NCBI GenBank assembly: GCA_038087875.1
Contig: CM075987.1
Coordinates: forward strand, 16,308,001 to 16,372,000
Direction: 5' to 3'
DNA length: 64,000 bases
Origin: Malacoraja senta
Taxonomy: Eukaryota
Of the stretch, positions 1-13,799 are shown piece by piece. The position numbers and the translations under genes were made by a program. Each line of letters starts with the position of its first letter. Positions within the stretch are counted from its first letter, which is position 1. Below the pieces are notes generated by a model. It saw nothing but the letters and a program-made list of their open reading frames with translations, was not told the DNA's origin and ran no database searches.

Positions 1-786
1 TGGGTTAATTGGCTTTTGTAAATTGTAAATTATTCCTAGTATGTAGGATAGTGCTAGCGTGACGTGGTGACAGCTGGTTGGTGCCGACTCGTGTGCACCG
101 AAGGGCTGGGTTACACTGTGCATCTCTAAAGTCTAAAGATGCAAGATTTACACCAACACAGTATGACTAACACATAAACTAAGCAGGTATTTATTCAATC
201 TTTCCTTTTTCCTTCATGAAGTTTTTTACAGCTTCTCTATTTGCCTAGTGCCTGTTCAAATTCAAGTTAAGGTCATTGTCATATATATGGTGAGATCCAG
301 CTGCAATGAAAGATCTTGCTGTCTTGCCCTTGACACTTTCCTAACCCTTTGGCTGGGAAAACATTCCTTCCAAACCTGCTCGCCATTAACGTTAATTGAT
401 ATCCCTCAATTACAGGGTCCTCTGTCAAGGACAAGTGATCTTTCCTCCTCTCCTGCTATTTTTGTCTGAACGGACTATTTAGAAGAAAGATGGAGAGTAA
501 GGAGCTATTGCCATTCCTCCTACTAATATTTGGTACAAGAAGCATCTACCTTGCCTGAGCATCAAGACACAGGACTGTACAGAGTTAAGTCAAGAAGGAC
601 TCAATAATGGACCTCAGTCCCATTCCATGTGCCCATCACCTTCCCAACATACATATGATCCAAAAGGTAAATCAGCAAAGATTACGGGTCCTGATGGCGT
701 CGGGTGGATATGACTCTGAGTCGTCCCCACAGTGAAATAATTGTTCTTTGAGCGAAAACTAACAATGGTGGTGAGAAAAGATCCAC

Positions 787-970
787 GAGTGCCTTGACCT
801 TGACCTTTCTCCAGTGTGCCTTGACCTTCCTCCCATGAGTGCCTTGACCTTCCTCCCATGAGTGCCTTGACCTTCCTCCCATGAGTGCCTTGACCTTCCT
901 CCCATGAGTGCCTTGACCTTCCTCCCATGAGTGCCTTGACCTTCCTCCCATGAGTGCCTTGACCTTCCTC
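787..970. repeat. Minisatellite, 23-bp unit GAGTGCCTTGACCTTCCTCCCAT, about 8 copies
   Basis: Direct tandem repeats read from the sequence. Confidence 0.95.
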
Positions 971-2253
971 AGGAATGACCCATGGGAACATTAGCCGGTG
1001 ATGTGACCCACACTACACCACCACAAGATGGCTATTCATCTAAGCCCTGTTTTAGAGATAGAGCGTGGCAACAGGCCTGGCGACCCACCAAGCCCCTGCC
1101 AACCAGCAATCCCTGTACACTAGTTCTATCCCAAAGACTAGGGACAATTTACAGAAGCCAATTAACCTGCAAACATGCACATGCCCCTGGATGACTCATT
1201 GTTCCTTGTCAGCAGGTTCTACCATAAATCTGCCCCAATCAATATTAAAGTTCGTGCCAATAAGTAGCAAATGACGTCTCACCATTTTTGCTATAAAATG
1301 ATGAGAGGCATCAATAGGATAGACAATCAGAGCCTTTCTTCCCCCAGGGTAGAAATGTCAAAGACTAGAAGGCATTAGCTTTAAGGTGAGAGAGGCAAAG
1401 TTTAAAGGAGATGGGCGGGGCAAGTTTTTTCTTGCACAGAAAGTGATGCGTGCCTGGAACACATAGCCAGGGGTGGTGGTGGGGGCAGATACAATAGAGG
1501 CATTTAAGAGGCTTTTGGATAGTCACATTGATACCCAGGGAATAGAGGGATTTGGATCACCTGCAGGTAGAGGAGATTAGATTAACTTGGCATTATATCG
1601 GGCACAGTCATTGTGGGCTGAAATGCCCGATCCTGTGCTGTACTGCTTATATTGACAATCTCTATACAACTACTAGCCTTGACATTCAAAAATGTTATCA
1701 TTACCAGGACCCCCACTATCAATATCCTGCGAATCACCATTGACCAGAAATTCAACAGGAGTCTCAACATAAGCACCATTGTCTGTCTGACACCTAAATC
1801 CTTTCCATCATCTATGGCACGTCATGGGTGTGGTGGCAACTCTCCAATCGCCTGGATGAATATACCTTAACTAACACCCGAGAAGCTTGACCCTGGGGAG
1901 CATTAGCCCACTTGATTGCCAAGCCATCCACCACTCATTCCCTCTCCTAGGGTACACAGTGGCTGCAGGATGAACTAACCGGAAAATGCACTGGAATTAC
2001 TCACTTATACTGCCCTAACCTCTGAACTTACGTTAACCATGACCAGGAGAGACAAATACAGAGGGCACACAAGAACATCACTGTTTGCAGCTTTCTTTCG
2101 AGAGAAAGACCATCCTAGTGGTGTGTCACCATTCCAGCTTCGTTGCCAGGTTTAACTCCTCCCCAACAGCACCATGGGAGCACCTTCCCTAAAATGCCGG
2201 TAGCCATTCAGGAAGGTGCCTCAGCAACACCTTCTCAGGGTCAACTGCATTAA

Positions 2254-2884
2254 GGATTTGAGTATAGGAGCAGGGAGGTTCTACTGCAGTTGTACAGGGT
2301 CTTGGTGAGACCACACCTGGAGTATTGCGTACAGTTTTTTGGTCTCCAAATCTGAGGAAGGACATTATAGCAATAGAGGGAGTGCAGAGAAGGTTCACCA
2401 GACTGATTCCTGGGATGTCAGGACTTTCATATGAAGAAAGACTGGATAGACTTGGCTTATACTCGCTAGAATTTAGGAGATTGAGAGGGGATCTTATAGA
2501 AACTTACAAAATTCTTATGGGGTTGGACAGGCTAGATGCAGGAAGATTGTTTCCGATGTTGGGGAAGTCCAGGACAAGGGGTCACAGCTTAAGGATAAGG
2601 GGGAAATCCTTTAAGACCGAGATGAGAACAAACTTTTTCACACAGAGAGTGGTGAATCTCTGGAACTCTCTGCCACAGAGGGTAGTTGAGGCCAGTTCAT
2701 TGGCTATATTTAAGAGGGAGTTAGATGTGGCCCTTGTGGCGAAAGGGATCAGGGGGTATGGAGAGAAGGCAGGTACGGGATACTGAGTTGGATGATCAGC
2801 CATGATCATATTGAATGGCGGTGCAGGCTCGAAGGGCCGAATGGCCTACTCCTGCACCTATTTTCTATGTATCTATGTATCTAT
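2254..2884 (+). mobile_element. CR1 LINE 3' fragment (young)
   Basis: ORF 2325-2786 IEGVQRRFTRLIPGM...FFTQRVVNLWNSLP, then the 3' UTR and tatgtatc tail. Confidence 0.93.
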
Positions 2885-3359
2885 TATTCTTGATGTTTAC
2901 CTACAACATACGGGCATATGACATGGAAACAAGTCCTTCGGCCCAATTCTCCCATGTTGATCAAGACCCAGAATCTAATCGAATCCTATTTGCCTGCGTT
3001 TAGCCCATATCCCTCTAAACCTTTCTATTCATAATGGAGAACATTTGGCCCATCGAGTGCAGGCAAGTATTCCCACCAGTCCTATTCCCCCACTTAAGTT
3101 CCTGTAGCCTTTTCTTTCTCAAATAGTCAATAAATGTTAGCCTTGCCAGCATTGCACATGATGGATAAATAGAAACATCCGGTTCTAGTTCTTGAAAGTA
3201 AGAAAATAAAAACAACCATGGTTTTGTAAATCCAGCAAATCCCAGTTTAGTCATTATTTTTGTGTTAGGGCAAATCCAAACACACATTCCTGGCAAAGTC
3301 TGTTTGCTAGTGTAATTTATTTTGGGATTCTCCGACATACTTAGATCATTGATTCATGG

Positions 3360-3872
3360 GTTTGTACAGCACAAATACAAGCCAATCAGCCCATTTAGTC
3401 CAAGCTGCCCAAGTTGGCAAACTGGGCTAGTCCCATTTGTCTACATTTGGCCCAGATCTCTCTAAACCATTCCCATTCATGTATCTGTCCAAATGTCTTT
3501 TAAAAGTTGTCATTGTATCCACTTCTATAGCTTCCTCAGGCAGCTCGTTCCAGATACGTACTAACCTCTGAGTGAAAAAGTTTCCCATGAGGTTCCCCTC
3601 AAATCTCCCCCCTCTCATCTTAAACTTATGCCTTCCAGTTTGAAAATCCTCTACCCTGGAAAGAAGGCTAAAGAGTTCATTTTATCCATGCCTCTCATGA
3701 TCTTGTACACCTCAATAAGGTCACCCCTCAGTGTCCTACGCTCCAAGGAAAAAAAGTCCCAGTGCATCTAACCTCGCCCTATAACTTAAGTCTGTAAGCC
3801 TAGGTAACATCCTGGTGAATCTTCTCTGCACCCTTTCCAACTAAATTACAGCCTACCTATAGCCAGGTGACC
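3360..3872 (-). mobile_element. Older CR1-like LINE 3' fragment
   Basis: ORF 3427-3618 GNFFTQRLVRIWNELPEEAIEVDT. Related fragments at ~1290-1650(+), 13040-13430(-), 14570-14800(-), 28170-28375(-), 35100-35350(-), 45960-46290(+), 49200-49700(+), 55720-56250(+), 57200-57635(-). Confidence 0.8.
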
Positions 3873-4077
3873 AATTTTATTAGAACACATGTAAATACGT
3901 CCACATGTAATATACAAAAGCTATATTAGCATATAATGAATATGCACATGAAATTAGTTAGAGACACAGAAATATATTATGTACATGCAAATATAGCATT
4001 TATAAAGCTATGTCTACACATTTTACCCATGTAGATGTAATGCATGTGTTAAAGGTCTAAAGACAGCAATGCACTCA

Positions 4078-4254
<177 letters not shown>

Positions 4255-5299
4255 CTATAAATGGGGAAGACTGCAAGCTGTATACGAAAACACAATTAGG
4301 ATCGGGTGGTGGGGAGGGGAGAATGCAGTCAGCCACTGCCATGAGAAGGGAGGCTGCTGCTGTCAACGGTCTGTTAGTGTCGTTTGAGTAACTCAGAGTG
4401 TAGGACAGTTAAAGAAAAAAACAATGACGTGTTGAACTGCAGATGCTGGAATCCTGAGCAAAACATAAACCAGTTGGAGGAACCCAGTGGATCAGGTCGC
4501 ATCCGTGAAGGGAATGGACAGACGGCGTTTCCAGTCACGACCCTCCTTCAGGGAACAAGTTGCTCTTGTAAATAGAATGCCAAACCGACTCAAGTCTAGA
4601 ATCCCCATCGTTGACTCCTTCTACACTGCACGCTGCCTCAGGAGAGCAGCCAGCATAATAAAAGACCTCTTCCACCCTGGTCGCTCCCTCTCCCCATTCC
4701 CGTTGGGCAGAAGATACAAAAACTTGAAAGTGCGCACCACCAGACTCAGGAACAGCTTCATCCCCTCTGTTATCAAGCATCTGAACAGCCCTTCCCTGAG
4801 CTAGGGTACAGTCTGACTCTCTAATTTATCTCATTCATGCCATTGGATTTTTTCTCTGGAAGTGTTGCTCTACAATGCTGAGAAAGTACATTCTGCACTC
4901 TGGTATATTTCACTTCACTCTACCTATTGCACCTGAGTTTGGCTTGATTGTATTAATGCATAGTACTATCTGCTTTGATTGGAAAGCATGCAGAACAAAG
5001 CTTTTCACCTGTACCTTGGTATAGGTGGAGATAGTAAAGCCAAATGCAAGTTCATTGAGCTCACAGCCAGAACACACTGCAGCACTGATAATCCCTCAAC
5101 TTCAAGAGGTGGGAGATGTGAAGAGCTAGGGTTTGACATTTCCCAGATGAGTTATGAAAATCGACATTGTTTGGGACAGGGATTGCTGTAGATGGCTTGG
5201 AAAAACGTGTAGTTTCTTTTAATTATTTAATTAAATGGTATTTTCTTTTAATTATTATCATAATGCAAGTGGTGCCAGGAAGACTAGCATTTATTGTCC

Positions 5300-5612
5300 T
5301 TCAGCTGTTAGAGCCACTGCCTCACAGCGCAGGAGTCCTGGGTTCGATCCAGACCTCGGCTGCGGTCCATGTGGAGTTTGCACTTTCTCCCTGTGCATGG
5401 GATTCCCTCGGGTTCTCCGGTCACCTCCCACATCCCAAACATATGCGGATTTGTAGGTTAATTGGCCTCTGTAAATTGCCTCCCATGTGGAAGGAATGGA
5501 TGAGAAAGTGGCATAACATAGATCTAGTATGAACGGGTGATCGATGGTCAGGATGGACCTGGTGGGCTGAAGGGCCTATCATGCTGTATCTGTCCATAAT
5601 AGACCTTGAACT
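5300..5612 (+). mobile_element. V-SINE (HE1-like); other + copies at ~1-137, 10965-11163, 15230-15445, 52403-52672, 58250-58535, 62505-63070 (split by a CR1 piece at ~62640-62880)
   Basis: Shared ggttcgatcc, tcccacatcccaaa and gtaggttaattggcc motifs. Confidence 0.8.
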
Positions 5613-7758
5613 AAATGATTTAAGAACCCATTTCAAAGGGCAATTATAGTTAACCATGTTCCTGTAGATTTGGAATCACCAGTCCGTGAGGTATACCAAG
5701 TCATAATTGTAAGGGAATAAAAGACATGGAAAAGCTCTTATGTTGATGAAAATCTATGCTCAGCAGAACAGAGCAAGCCATTCATCACATCAGAGTGAAC
5801 AGCGCATATTATGTTATCAATTTACTATTCTTTAGGTGTTAGGTGCTGTATTTTAATATCAAACCAATGGTTTCATGTTCACCATAGTTTAAACTAGTTT
5901 TTGTTTAAATTCCAAAGTCAAATTTGCTCAGATTCCCCTGTTCCACTGGTGAGATTTGAACTTACATCATCAGGCTTCTCATAGACTAGTCCGGGAATTG
6001 AACCATTATTCTCTTACATCTTGCAGGCTTTGCTCTCCCTGTTCTGCACAAGGCAGAGTCAGTGATGGAGGTCCGGGCCTTGGCCTGAGTTCATCAACGT
6101 ACAAACTGTGAACTTATGTACATCGAAAGGACGTTCTCATCTGACGGGGTGCAGTGATTTACAACATGCCCAAAAAGTAATAGACATCATTCCACGATAG
6201 GTTATTGGTTGAACTGAAAATGGTGGAAATTCTGGGGAAAAATGAGGGTGTGACTGGTGGAAGTAAAGCAATAGGTAGAAAAACAGATCAGGACCAGTTT
6301 CCCCATTCAAACACATGGCCAATACATCTTAATGGCATTCTCCTGTTCTTATCTCATATCCTTTATTGATAGATTAAATAATACAGCATGGAAACAGGCC
6401 CTTCTGCCCACTGAGTCCATGCTGACCATCGATCATGCGGGAGGAAACCAGAGCACCTAGAGGAAACTGATGCGATCACAGGACGAACTTGTAAACTACG
6501 CACACACAGTACCAGAGGTCAGGATCGAACTTGGGTCTCTGGCGCAGAGAGGCAGCAGCTCTACCAACTGCGCAACTATGCTGCCCTTAGTTTCCAAATA
6601 ATGATGTGTGAAATTCTTCCGTGTGAATGGAATGACAGGATTCGTAATGTCTATTGGCAAAATTCAATGCAAACACGTTCAAAAACCGGCCTCTCTATGC
6701 AATGCAATGCAATGCAATAACAGGTGTAAAAACCTGAGGTTACATTGGTACAAATGCAGTGTGGCAGGAATATATTCCAAGAAGATGAAGCATGAACCTC
6801 ACCAATTGGGACTTCTACACTAATGTTTTCTTTGACCCCCATCTGCATGAATAGCCCAGTTAGAGCCAGACTCCAAACTGTCACATTAAGGAATCACAGT
6901 GAATGGAAAGATACAGCATGGAAACATGCCCTTTGGCCCACGGAGTCCAATCCAGCCATCGATCATCCGTTCATACTCTTTCCATGCTTTCCCACCTTCT
7001 CATCCACTCCCTACAGATTAGGGGCAATTTTGCAGAGGACAATTAATCTACAAACCCGCAGGTCTTTGGGATGTGGGAGGAAACTAGAGCACCTGGATGA
7101 GACCCAGCGGTCACAGGGAAAGGGCAACCATCACAGAGGCAGCACCTGAGATCAGGATGGAACTTGGGTCCCTGGTGCTGTGAGGCAGCAGCTCTACCAG
7201 TTGTGCCGCTGTGCTAACCCGTCAATCCCTCTTACTAATCCATTAAACCTTTCACCCGGTCTCATTCATTCATTCAGGGATCCCCTCAGTACAGTTTCAA
7301 TCCGTTCAGCCAAATCCATATCCAGGTGGATGTTGTGGGAACATTTAATTTCAAAATTGGGATTTATCGCACTAAAATGGTCAGAGGCTCTGAAATATTG
7401 TACTGCTCAGGTCAACAGTAAGTTTAAAGTGATGAATTAACAAATACACCACATTTGAGCCAACTTGCAAATACTTACACAGTGAAAAGGAGTCTTTCAG
7501 CATTAAACTGTGGCTGTCTGGTCAAGATCTTTCATTTCCTCAGCCTTTTGGTAAACTTAAATCTGACTGCCAGCATCACTACAAGAAGAGATTGATTCCC
7601 ATCTACAAAATGGTCACTCAACATAAATGTGCATCAACTGTGTGATATTATCTACGGGATCAGTTGTTGAGTGTTCTGGAAGGAACTCCTTTTCATTCCA
7701 CCCTTCCCATCATACAAGCAAACTTAAATCAGACACTGCAACATCCGGGTGGACCCAC

Positions 7759-7868
7759 CTCTGTTCTGTGTTGAAGAGAGCAAATATATGCTTGCTGGAC
7801 ATAAATCCCTTCTCAATGTCACGCAGCTTCAGGTTATCCAGGGGCAGCATGTATTTCTTCTCTTTTTC
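7759..7868 (-). CDS. dnm1: Dynamin-1 PH domain exon, 110 bp
   Basis: ttacag|GAA AAA GAG...GAA CAG AG|gtgggt; encodes [36 protein letters not shown](R). Confidence 0.97.
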
Positions 7869-8209
7869 CTGTAATGTAGCAACAACATGCAATTAGATAT
7901 CTTTCTCTGTGCTCCAGAGATGGAGGGATGAAAGAGGTGGGATACACAGAATGTGAACAGCAGAGTCTTAATCAATAACTTTATAATGCTACAAAGACCC
8001 TCTTTAAGTATAAGAGTCAGGAAGTCATGGTGCAGCTTTATTGGATGGATACGATGCATTTGGAGTATTGTGTGCAGTTCGGGTTGCCCCATTGCAGGAA
8101 GGATGTGGAGGCTTTGGAGAGGGTGCAGAGGAGTTTTACCAGAATGCTGTCTGGATAGGAGTGTATTAGCTACAAGGAGATGTTGGGCAAACAGCTTTGA
8201 GAAGTGAGC

Positions 8210-8480
8210 AAACGAGATGAGAAGAACTTTTTTCACACAGAGAGTGGTGAATCTCTGGAACTCTCTGCCACAGAGGGTAGTCGAGGCCAGTTCATTGGCT
8301 ATATTTAAGAGGGAGCTAGATGTGGCCCTTGTGGCTAAAGGGATCAGAGGGTATGGAGAGAAGGCAGGTACGGGATACTGAGTTGGATGATCAGCCATGA
8401 TCATATTGAATGGCGGTGCAGGCTCGAAGGGCCGAATGGCCTACTCCTGCACCTAATTTCTATGTTTCTATGTTTCTATA
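8210..8480 (+). mobile_element. CR1 3' fragment nested in an older CR1-like copy (~8005-8860)
   Basis: Near-identical to 2620-2880; both flanks continue an older LINE. Confidence 0.88.
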
Positions 8481-9719
8481 TTTTCTCTGGAACACCAGAG
8501 GTTGAGGGGAGACCTGATAGAATTATATAAAATTATGAAGGGCATAGATAGCGTAGACAGCCAGAATGTATTTCCCAGGGTGGAAATGTCCAAAACCAAA
8601 GGCCTCTTTAAAATGAGAGGGGTAAAGATTAAAGGAGCTATGCGGGCCAAGTTTTGTTACACTGAGAGTGGTGGGTGCTTAAACGGACTGCTCTGGTGGT
8701 GGTGGAGGCAGATACAAATATGGTGTTCAAAATACCACTTTAGATATGCAGAGAATGAAGGGATACAAACAGGCAGAGGAGATTTGTTTAACTTGGCCTC
8801 ATATGCTGCATAAACATTGTGGGCCGAAAGGCCTCTTCCTGTGCTGTACTGTTCGATCTAATAAACCAGAAAAAGATCTTCAAACTTGAATCAATTAGGG
8901 AATGAAAGGGCACTGAATGTGTCTCATATCCTCAAACTCCTCACAGCTGGTAAATATGATCCATCTCTGTAATTAAGAAGCAGGAGGGAGGATCAGGTTG
9001 CAATCAACAGATGACTTGTTTCCACCAGTGTTTATTAAGGAAGGAATAATAAACAGGTTTAGGTTTCAGTTTATAATTGTCACGTGTACCGAGGTACAGT
9101 GAAAAGCTTTGTTTTGCATGCTATCCAAACAGATCAGATATGCCGTACATAAATACAATCAAAAGGGAAGATGGAGTGTGCAGAATATAGGTCAGTGCAT
9201 TAGTTTGACAGACACAGTCCAATTACCTCAATGGGGTAGAGGTGAATCGGCAAGAACCGTTCAGAATCCTGATTAAGGAGGGGAAGGAGCTATTCCTGAG
9301 ACCGATGGTGCGCGCTTTCGATCTTGCAATCTTACACTGTACCACCATTGTGCATTGTACTCAGGGTCCATTCTAACTTTTCTGCTTCTGTATCTTCTGC
9401 TGGACGGGAGAAGAAGGAATGACCGAGGTGGGACAAGTAAAATGGACTCCAAGTGCAATGTGCAATGGTGATGCAATGGTTAAGTTACTGAACCAGCAGC
9501 CAGCGTGACCTAGAAAGAGAAGTTCAAATTCGACCATGGCAGCTGTTTAATTTAAATTTCAGTCATTAAGTAAGTCTGGAATTTAGAAAAAACAACTCAT
9601 CTCAATAAGGGGAAGCACAAAACTACTGGAAGAAGGTCAGTCCAAGAGAACTTGGAGTAATTCCATAGACTGCCAGTCAGCCTCAGCAACAGGCCTGACA
9701 TCCTACTCTCAGGTGTAGA

Positions 9720-9946
9720 AACAAAGAACTGCAGATACTGGTTTATACCAAAGATAGACACAAAGTGCTGCAGTAACTCAGCAGGTCAGGCAGCATCTCT
9801 GGAGAAAAGGGATGGATGACGTTTCAGGCCGGGACCTTTCTGAAGAAGTCAGTCTGATGAGGGGTCCTGACCCGAAACGTCATCCATCCTTTTTCTCCAG
9901 AGGAGCTGCCTGACTCACGGAGCTACTCCAGCAATTTGTGTCTATC
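9720..9946. mobile_element. Fold-back (inverted pair) Penelope pseudo-LTR derivative
   Basis: gatagacacaaagtgctgcagtaactcagcaggtcaggcagcatctctggagaaaagggatggatgacgtttc is followed by its approximate reverse complement gaaacgtcatccatcc...ctccagcaatttgtgtctatc. Confidence 0.8.
9854..9881 (+). ncRNA. Minimal hammerhead ribozyme motif (second copy with intact core)
   Basis: CTGATGA-G-GGGT-CCTG-ACCC-GAAA-CG-TC inside a fold-back Penelope derivative. Confidence 0.6.
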
Positions 9947-11585
9947 CAGTCTCAGTTGTCTAGTCTGCGGCTCATTGGATGGACAATTCTACAATGTGGA
10001 TAAACCGCCACGGACAGAAGGACCCTGGGGTGAGATTTGCCACTGACACCAATGGACAGAAAGGCAATTGTGTAAACGCAACTCACAAAGGTCCAAGTCG
10101 GCAGCTGAAATAACCGGGATCTGCCATTGAACCTTGGTGGTGGTCGCTTGCAACTTGAGTTTGGAGTTAGTCAGTCAGTCGTGGAGGTATGCAGCTCCCA
10201 CAATTCACAGCGGCAGAGAAAAGCCCGTATTTTTGGCATGGGCTGCACTGCATTCTGGGAGGACAGGTCACTTACACACATCCATCCCACCAATTGCTGT
10301 CAAAGTAAATTTAAACCAGCATATTGATTGAAAGACATGCATGGAAACAGACCCTTCAACCCACCGAGTCCATGTCGACCATCGATCACCCATTCAAACT
10401 AGTTCTATTTATCCCACTTTTGCAACCACTCCCTACAACACGCGAGGGACAATTTAGAGAGGCTAATTAACCTACAAATCCACACGTCTTTGTGATGTGG
10501 GAGGAAACTCACGCGGTCACAGGGAGAACATGCAAACTCCACGCAGACAGGACCAGAGGTCAGGATGGAAGCCGGGTCTCTGGTGCTGTGAGGCAGCTGT
10601 GCCAATGTGACACTCATAATGTTTTAATTCTCCTTCATGCTAAAACTTTCCTTTTATTGACTAAAAATTGAGTGGGCTTGAGTGTAAAATATTCATTTTT
10701 CCAGACAATCAAGCTGTTTTTCTTCAAAATAAACGGCAGGCATGTACAGCTTGTGACATCACAGAAAAATGGCTACCACGGAAGTGCCCCATAATGGATG
10801 ATGCCACAGCACCAAATAAGGCCGGTTGGTCACCACATTCACCCAGACATGTTGAGTTGAAGAAGATGGATGTCCAGGTGCTGCCAGGTAAGGGGGCAAA
10901 CTCAACCTCCGCCAGGCAGGCAATCAGACAAACCGAATAACATTAAAATGAGCTCCCAATTAGTTGTCCTTGTGACCACGTCGGTTTCCTCCCACATCCC
11001 AAAGATGTGCGGGTTTGTAGGTTAATTGGCCTCTGCAAAATTGCCCCTAGCGTGTAGATAGTGGATGTAAAAGTGGGATAACACAGAACTAGTGTGAACG
11101 GGTGATGGGTGGGCGGCGTGGACTCAGTGGGCCAAAGGGCCTGTTTTTGTGCTGTATCTCTAAGTTATGTTCACCTGCATCCCTGAGGCAGCACAGACAA
11201 ACACGCTTCCTCTACGAGCGAGTGGAACAGACGTTGGAATAATAGACTTTGAATCAGTCCACACAGTGCTCACTTCTCAGCTGGAACTCAGACTCTTTGG
11301 ACCAGCACGGCAGGCAGAAGGCACATCTTGAAGTGGAAAGCAGTGGATTTGAGCAAGTGTTTTAGCTCCACCTGAATCACGAATTACATCCTCTCCATTG
11401 ACAAGGAAAGACCTGAAGTATTTTTTGAGAAACCCAGCACCTCCTTCAAGATGATTCCCCATGGAAAGAGGGTGTTGGTGGCAAGATGGCGCTCATGGCC
11501 AATCCCTGGTTGCCCTTGGAATGTGATTACATGGCTTGATCTGGACAGGTGACATTTCAGACTAATGAAGAAGGGCCCCGACCCG

Positions 11586-11757
11586 AAACATAGAAAGTAG
11601 GTGCAGGAGTAGGCCATTCGGCCCTTCGAGCCAGCACAGCCATTCAATATGATCATGGCTGATCATCCAGAATCAGTACCCTGTTCTTGCTTTTTCCCCC
11701 ACATCCCTCGATTCCGTTAGCCCTAAGAGCTAAATCTAACTCTCTCTTGAAAACATC
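11586..11757 (-). mobile_element. CR1 3' fragment inserted into a Penelope pseudo-LTR
   Basis: Reverse complement of the CR1 3' UTR, interrupting ...gacccgaaac / gaaacgtcacctatcc. Confidence 0.85.
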
Positions 11758-13799
11758 AGTGGAGAGAAACGTCACCTATCCAAACGTCATCTCCCCAGGG
11801 ATGCTGCCTGACCTGCTGAGTTACTCCAGCACTTTGTGTCTTTTTTTCCCCCTCTGACAGCTGTCTCTGCACTTCAAAGGGATCTCAGTGCCTGTTGTCC
11901 TCTGTGAAAGGTTGTGTAAGGTACAATGTCTGGGCTGAATCTCACCCTTTTAATCTTTTTCGAGGAAGCAATGAAACCGGTGCAGCCACGCTCAGCTGCC
12001 AAATCAGCACTCTCTCAGCTGCAGGGGTGCAAAAGTTTAAAATGTCCTTCTGTCTAGCCGAGCGGCGCTCCCTCCGCAGAGCTGCAACCAACACAACGTG
12101 GCTCCAAATGACAGGACAGTGAATTATAGCTCTGCTCCAGCCAGACTCTGGCCGATAACTTATACACTTCTCCAGCCAGTCACTTTTTTTTTTCCTTCTA
12201 AATCTTACGCTCAGCCGAGGTTTAGTCTGGGGCTGAGGCAACTGTGAAACGACACTGAGAAGTCCCCATTTCCTTCATTTCCAGAGCCTGCTTAATATGA
12301 GGCAACATCTGGAGTCAATAAGCCAACTGACTGGACTGTCTGCGCTGCCTCATTATCAGAAATGCTGATCGTGCTTAAACAAAATATATCCAGCTGCACT
12401 ATTTTAGGCCGAGCAATTAAATAAACCAGTTCAGAGGTTTCTTTTGTTTAATCTGCGCTTCTCCCAGTTTATTCAGACCGCTCTGTGAAGGGGAGGGGGC
12501 AGACAGCACACGCTCTCAACAGTTCAGCTTCCCACGGCAACACTGCAAGCCGAGAGGAAATCACGGTGGAACAGCCCCCCCCCCAGGGAGATGGGGAGAT
12601 TGATGGCAGGTAAAACCTGGAGTACCCCCAGGCTGTTAACATGCCCACATGGTTCCAGTTACAGCGGGAGAGGGGGCTTGGAAAATCAGCAGTGAGAGGC
12701 ACATTGACCGAAAAAGCACGGCTCCCACGGTTAACAGGAGGCGTCGGACTCCACACCCCCCCCCCCCCACCCAACCTCTCCCCCCCAACCTCACCTCTCC
12801 CCCCTCCACCTCTCCCCCCTTCCACCCCCCCCCTTCCACCCCCCTCTCCAACCTCCCACCCCCCACAGCACCACCTCACACCCCCCAACCTTTTCCCCTC
12901 CCCACCCCCCATCCAGCTCCACCTCCCTCCGGCTGACCAGCAGTCACAGAGCAGTACAACCCTGGAAACAGGCCCTTTGCCCCCCCCCCCCCCCCCCCCC
13001 CACCATCCCAACCAAATTTGCACTCTGGGCTGGTGCCATCAGCCTGTGTTTGGTCCATATCCTTCTACACCCTTCTTATCAATATATCTGTCTAAATAGC
13101 TTTTGAAAAAATATAATTGTATCATCTTCTACGGCTTCCTCTGGCAGCTTATTTCAGATACAGAATGCACGCTGAATACACTCTGCCCCGAAGTCCCTCT
13201 GAAAACTTTCCCCTCTCACCTTAAGCCTACCCATCCAGTTTTAGAATCCTCGACCCTGGGAAAAAGACTGTGAGGGTTCACTTTATCCATGTCCCTCATG
13301 ATCTCGTACACATCAACGTCACCCCTCAGCCTCCTACACTCCCAAAGAGAAAAAGTCCCGGCCTATCAAACTGCTCCCTCTAACTGAAGCCCACAAGCCC
13401 GGGTAGCATCATCGTGAATCTCTTCTACACCTTGCATAATGCCATCCTTCCTATCACTGGGCTTGAATATCTGGGTGATCTACCGATACCGAGACCATCA
13501 CCCTCTACTCCTTCCTCTTCCCAAAATCCATCCTTCTCAACCTCGGATATGCTCTGTGATGAGGTGGCCACAGGCTTCTGCGGTTAACATTTCCAAGGGT
13601 TGTGACCTTCCAACGAAGAAAGTTCTCTTCCCGTCTCATTGACAGACCTAGGGCTACGATCATCATGTTTCAACTCTCCAGTCCAAGAGACCATACAATG
13701 CAGCATCAACCCCCCTCATCTCTCACCCTCCTCAGTGCCACTCTCTCTCAGGAAAGATCATTCAGCCCCTCTGACCCATTCTACCAATTGATTAGTACC

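Noticed and set aside
614..991. ORFs with GTHGRKVK repeats, or a possible CRISPR array
   Set aside because: 23-bp tandem repeat without spacers.
2165..2186. REST/RE1-like motif CAGCACCATGGGAGCACC in a neuronal gene
   Set aside because: The right half-site is imperfect and the motif lies inside an old LINE 3' fragment.
12469..13099. Proline-rich and glycine-rich ORFs resembling a dynamin proline-rich domain or a formin
   Set aside because: Low-complexity poly-C tract; the Pro-rich frame is on the wrong strand and position for the dnm1 PRD, and it runs into a LINE fragment.
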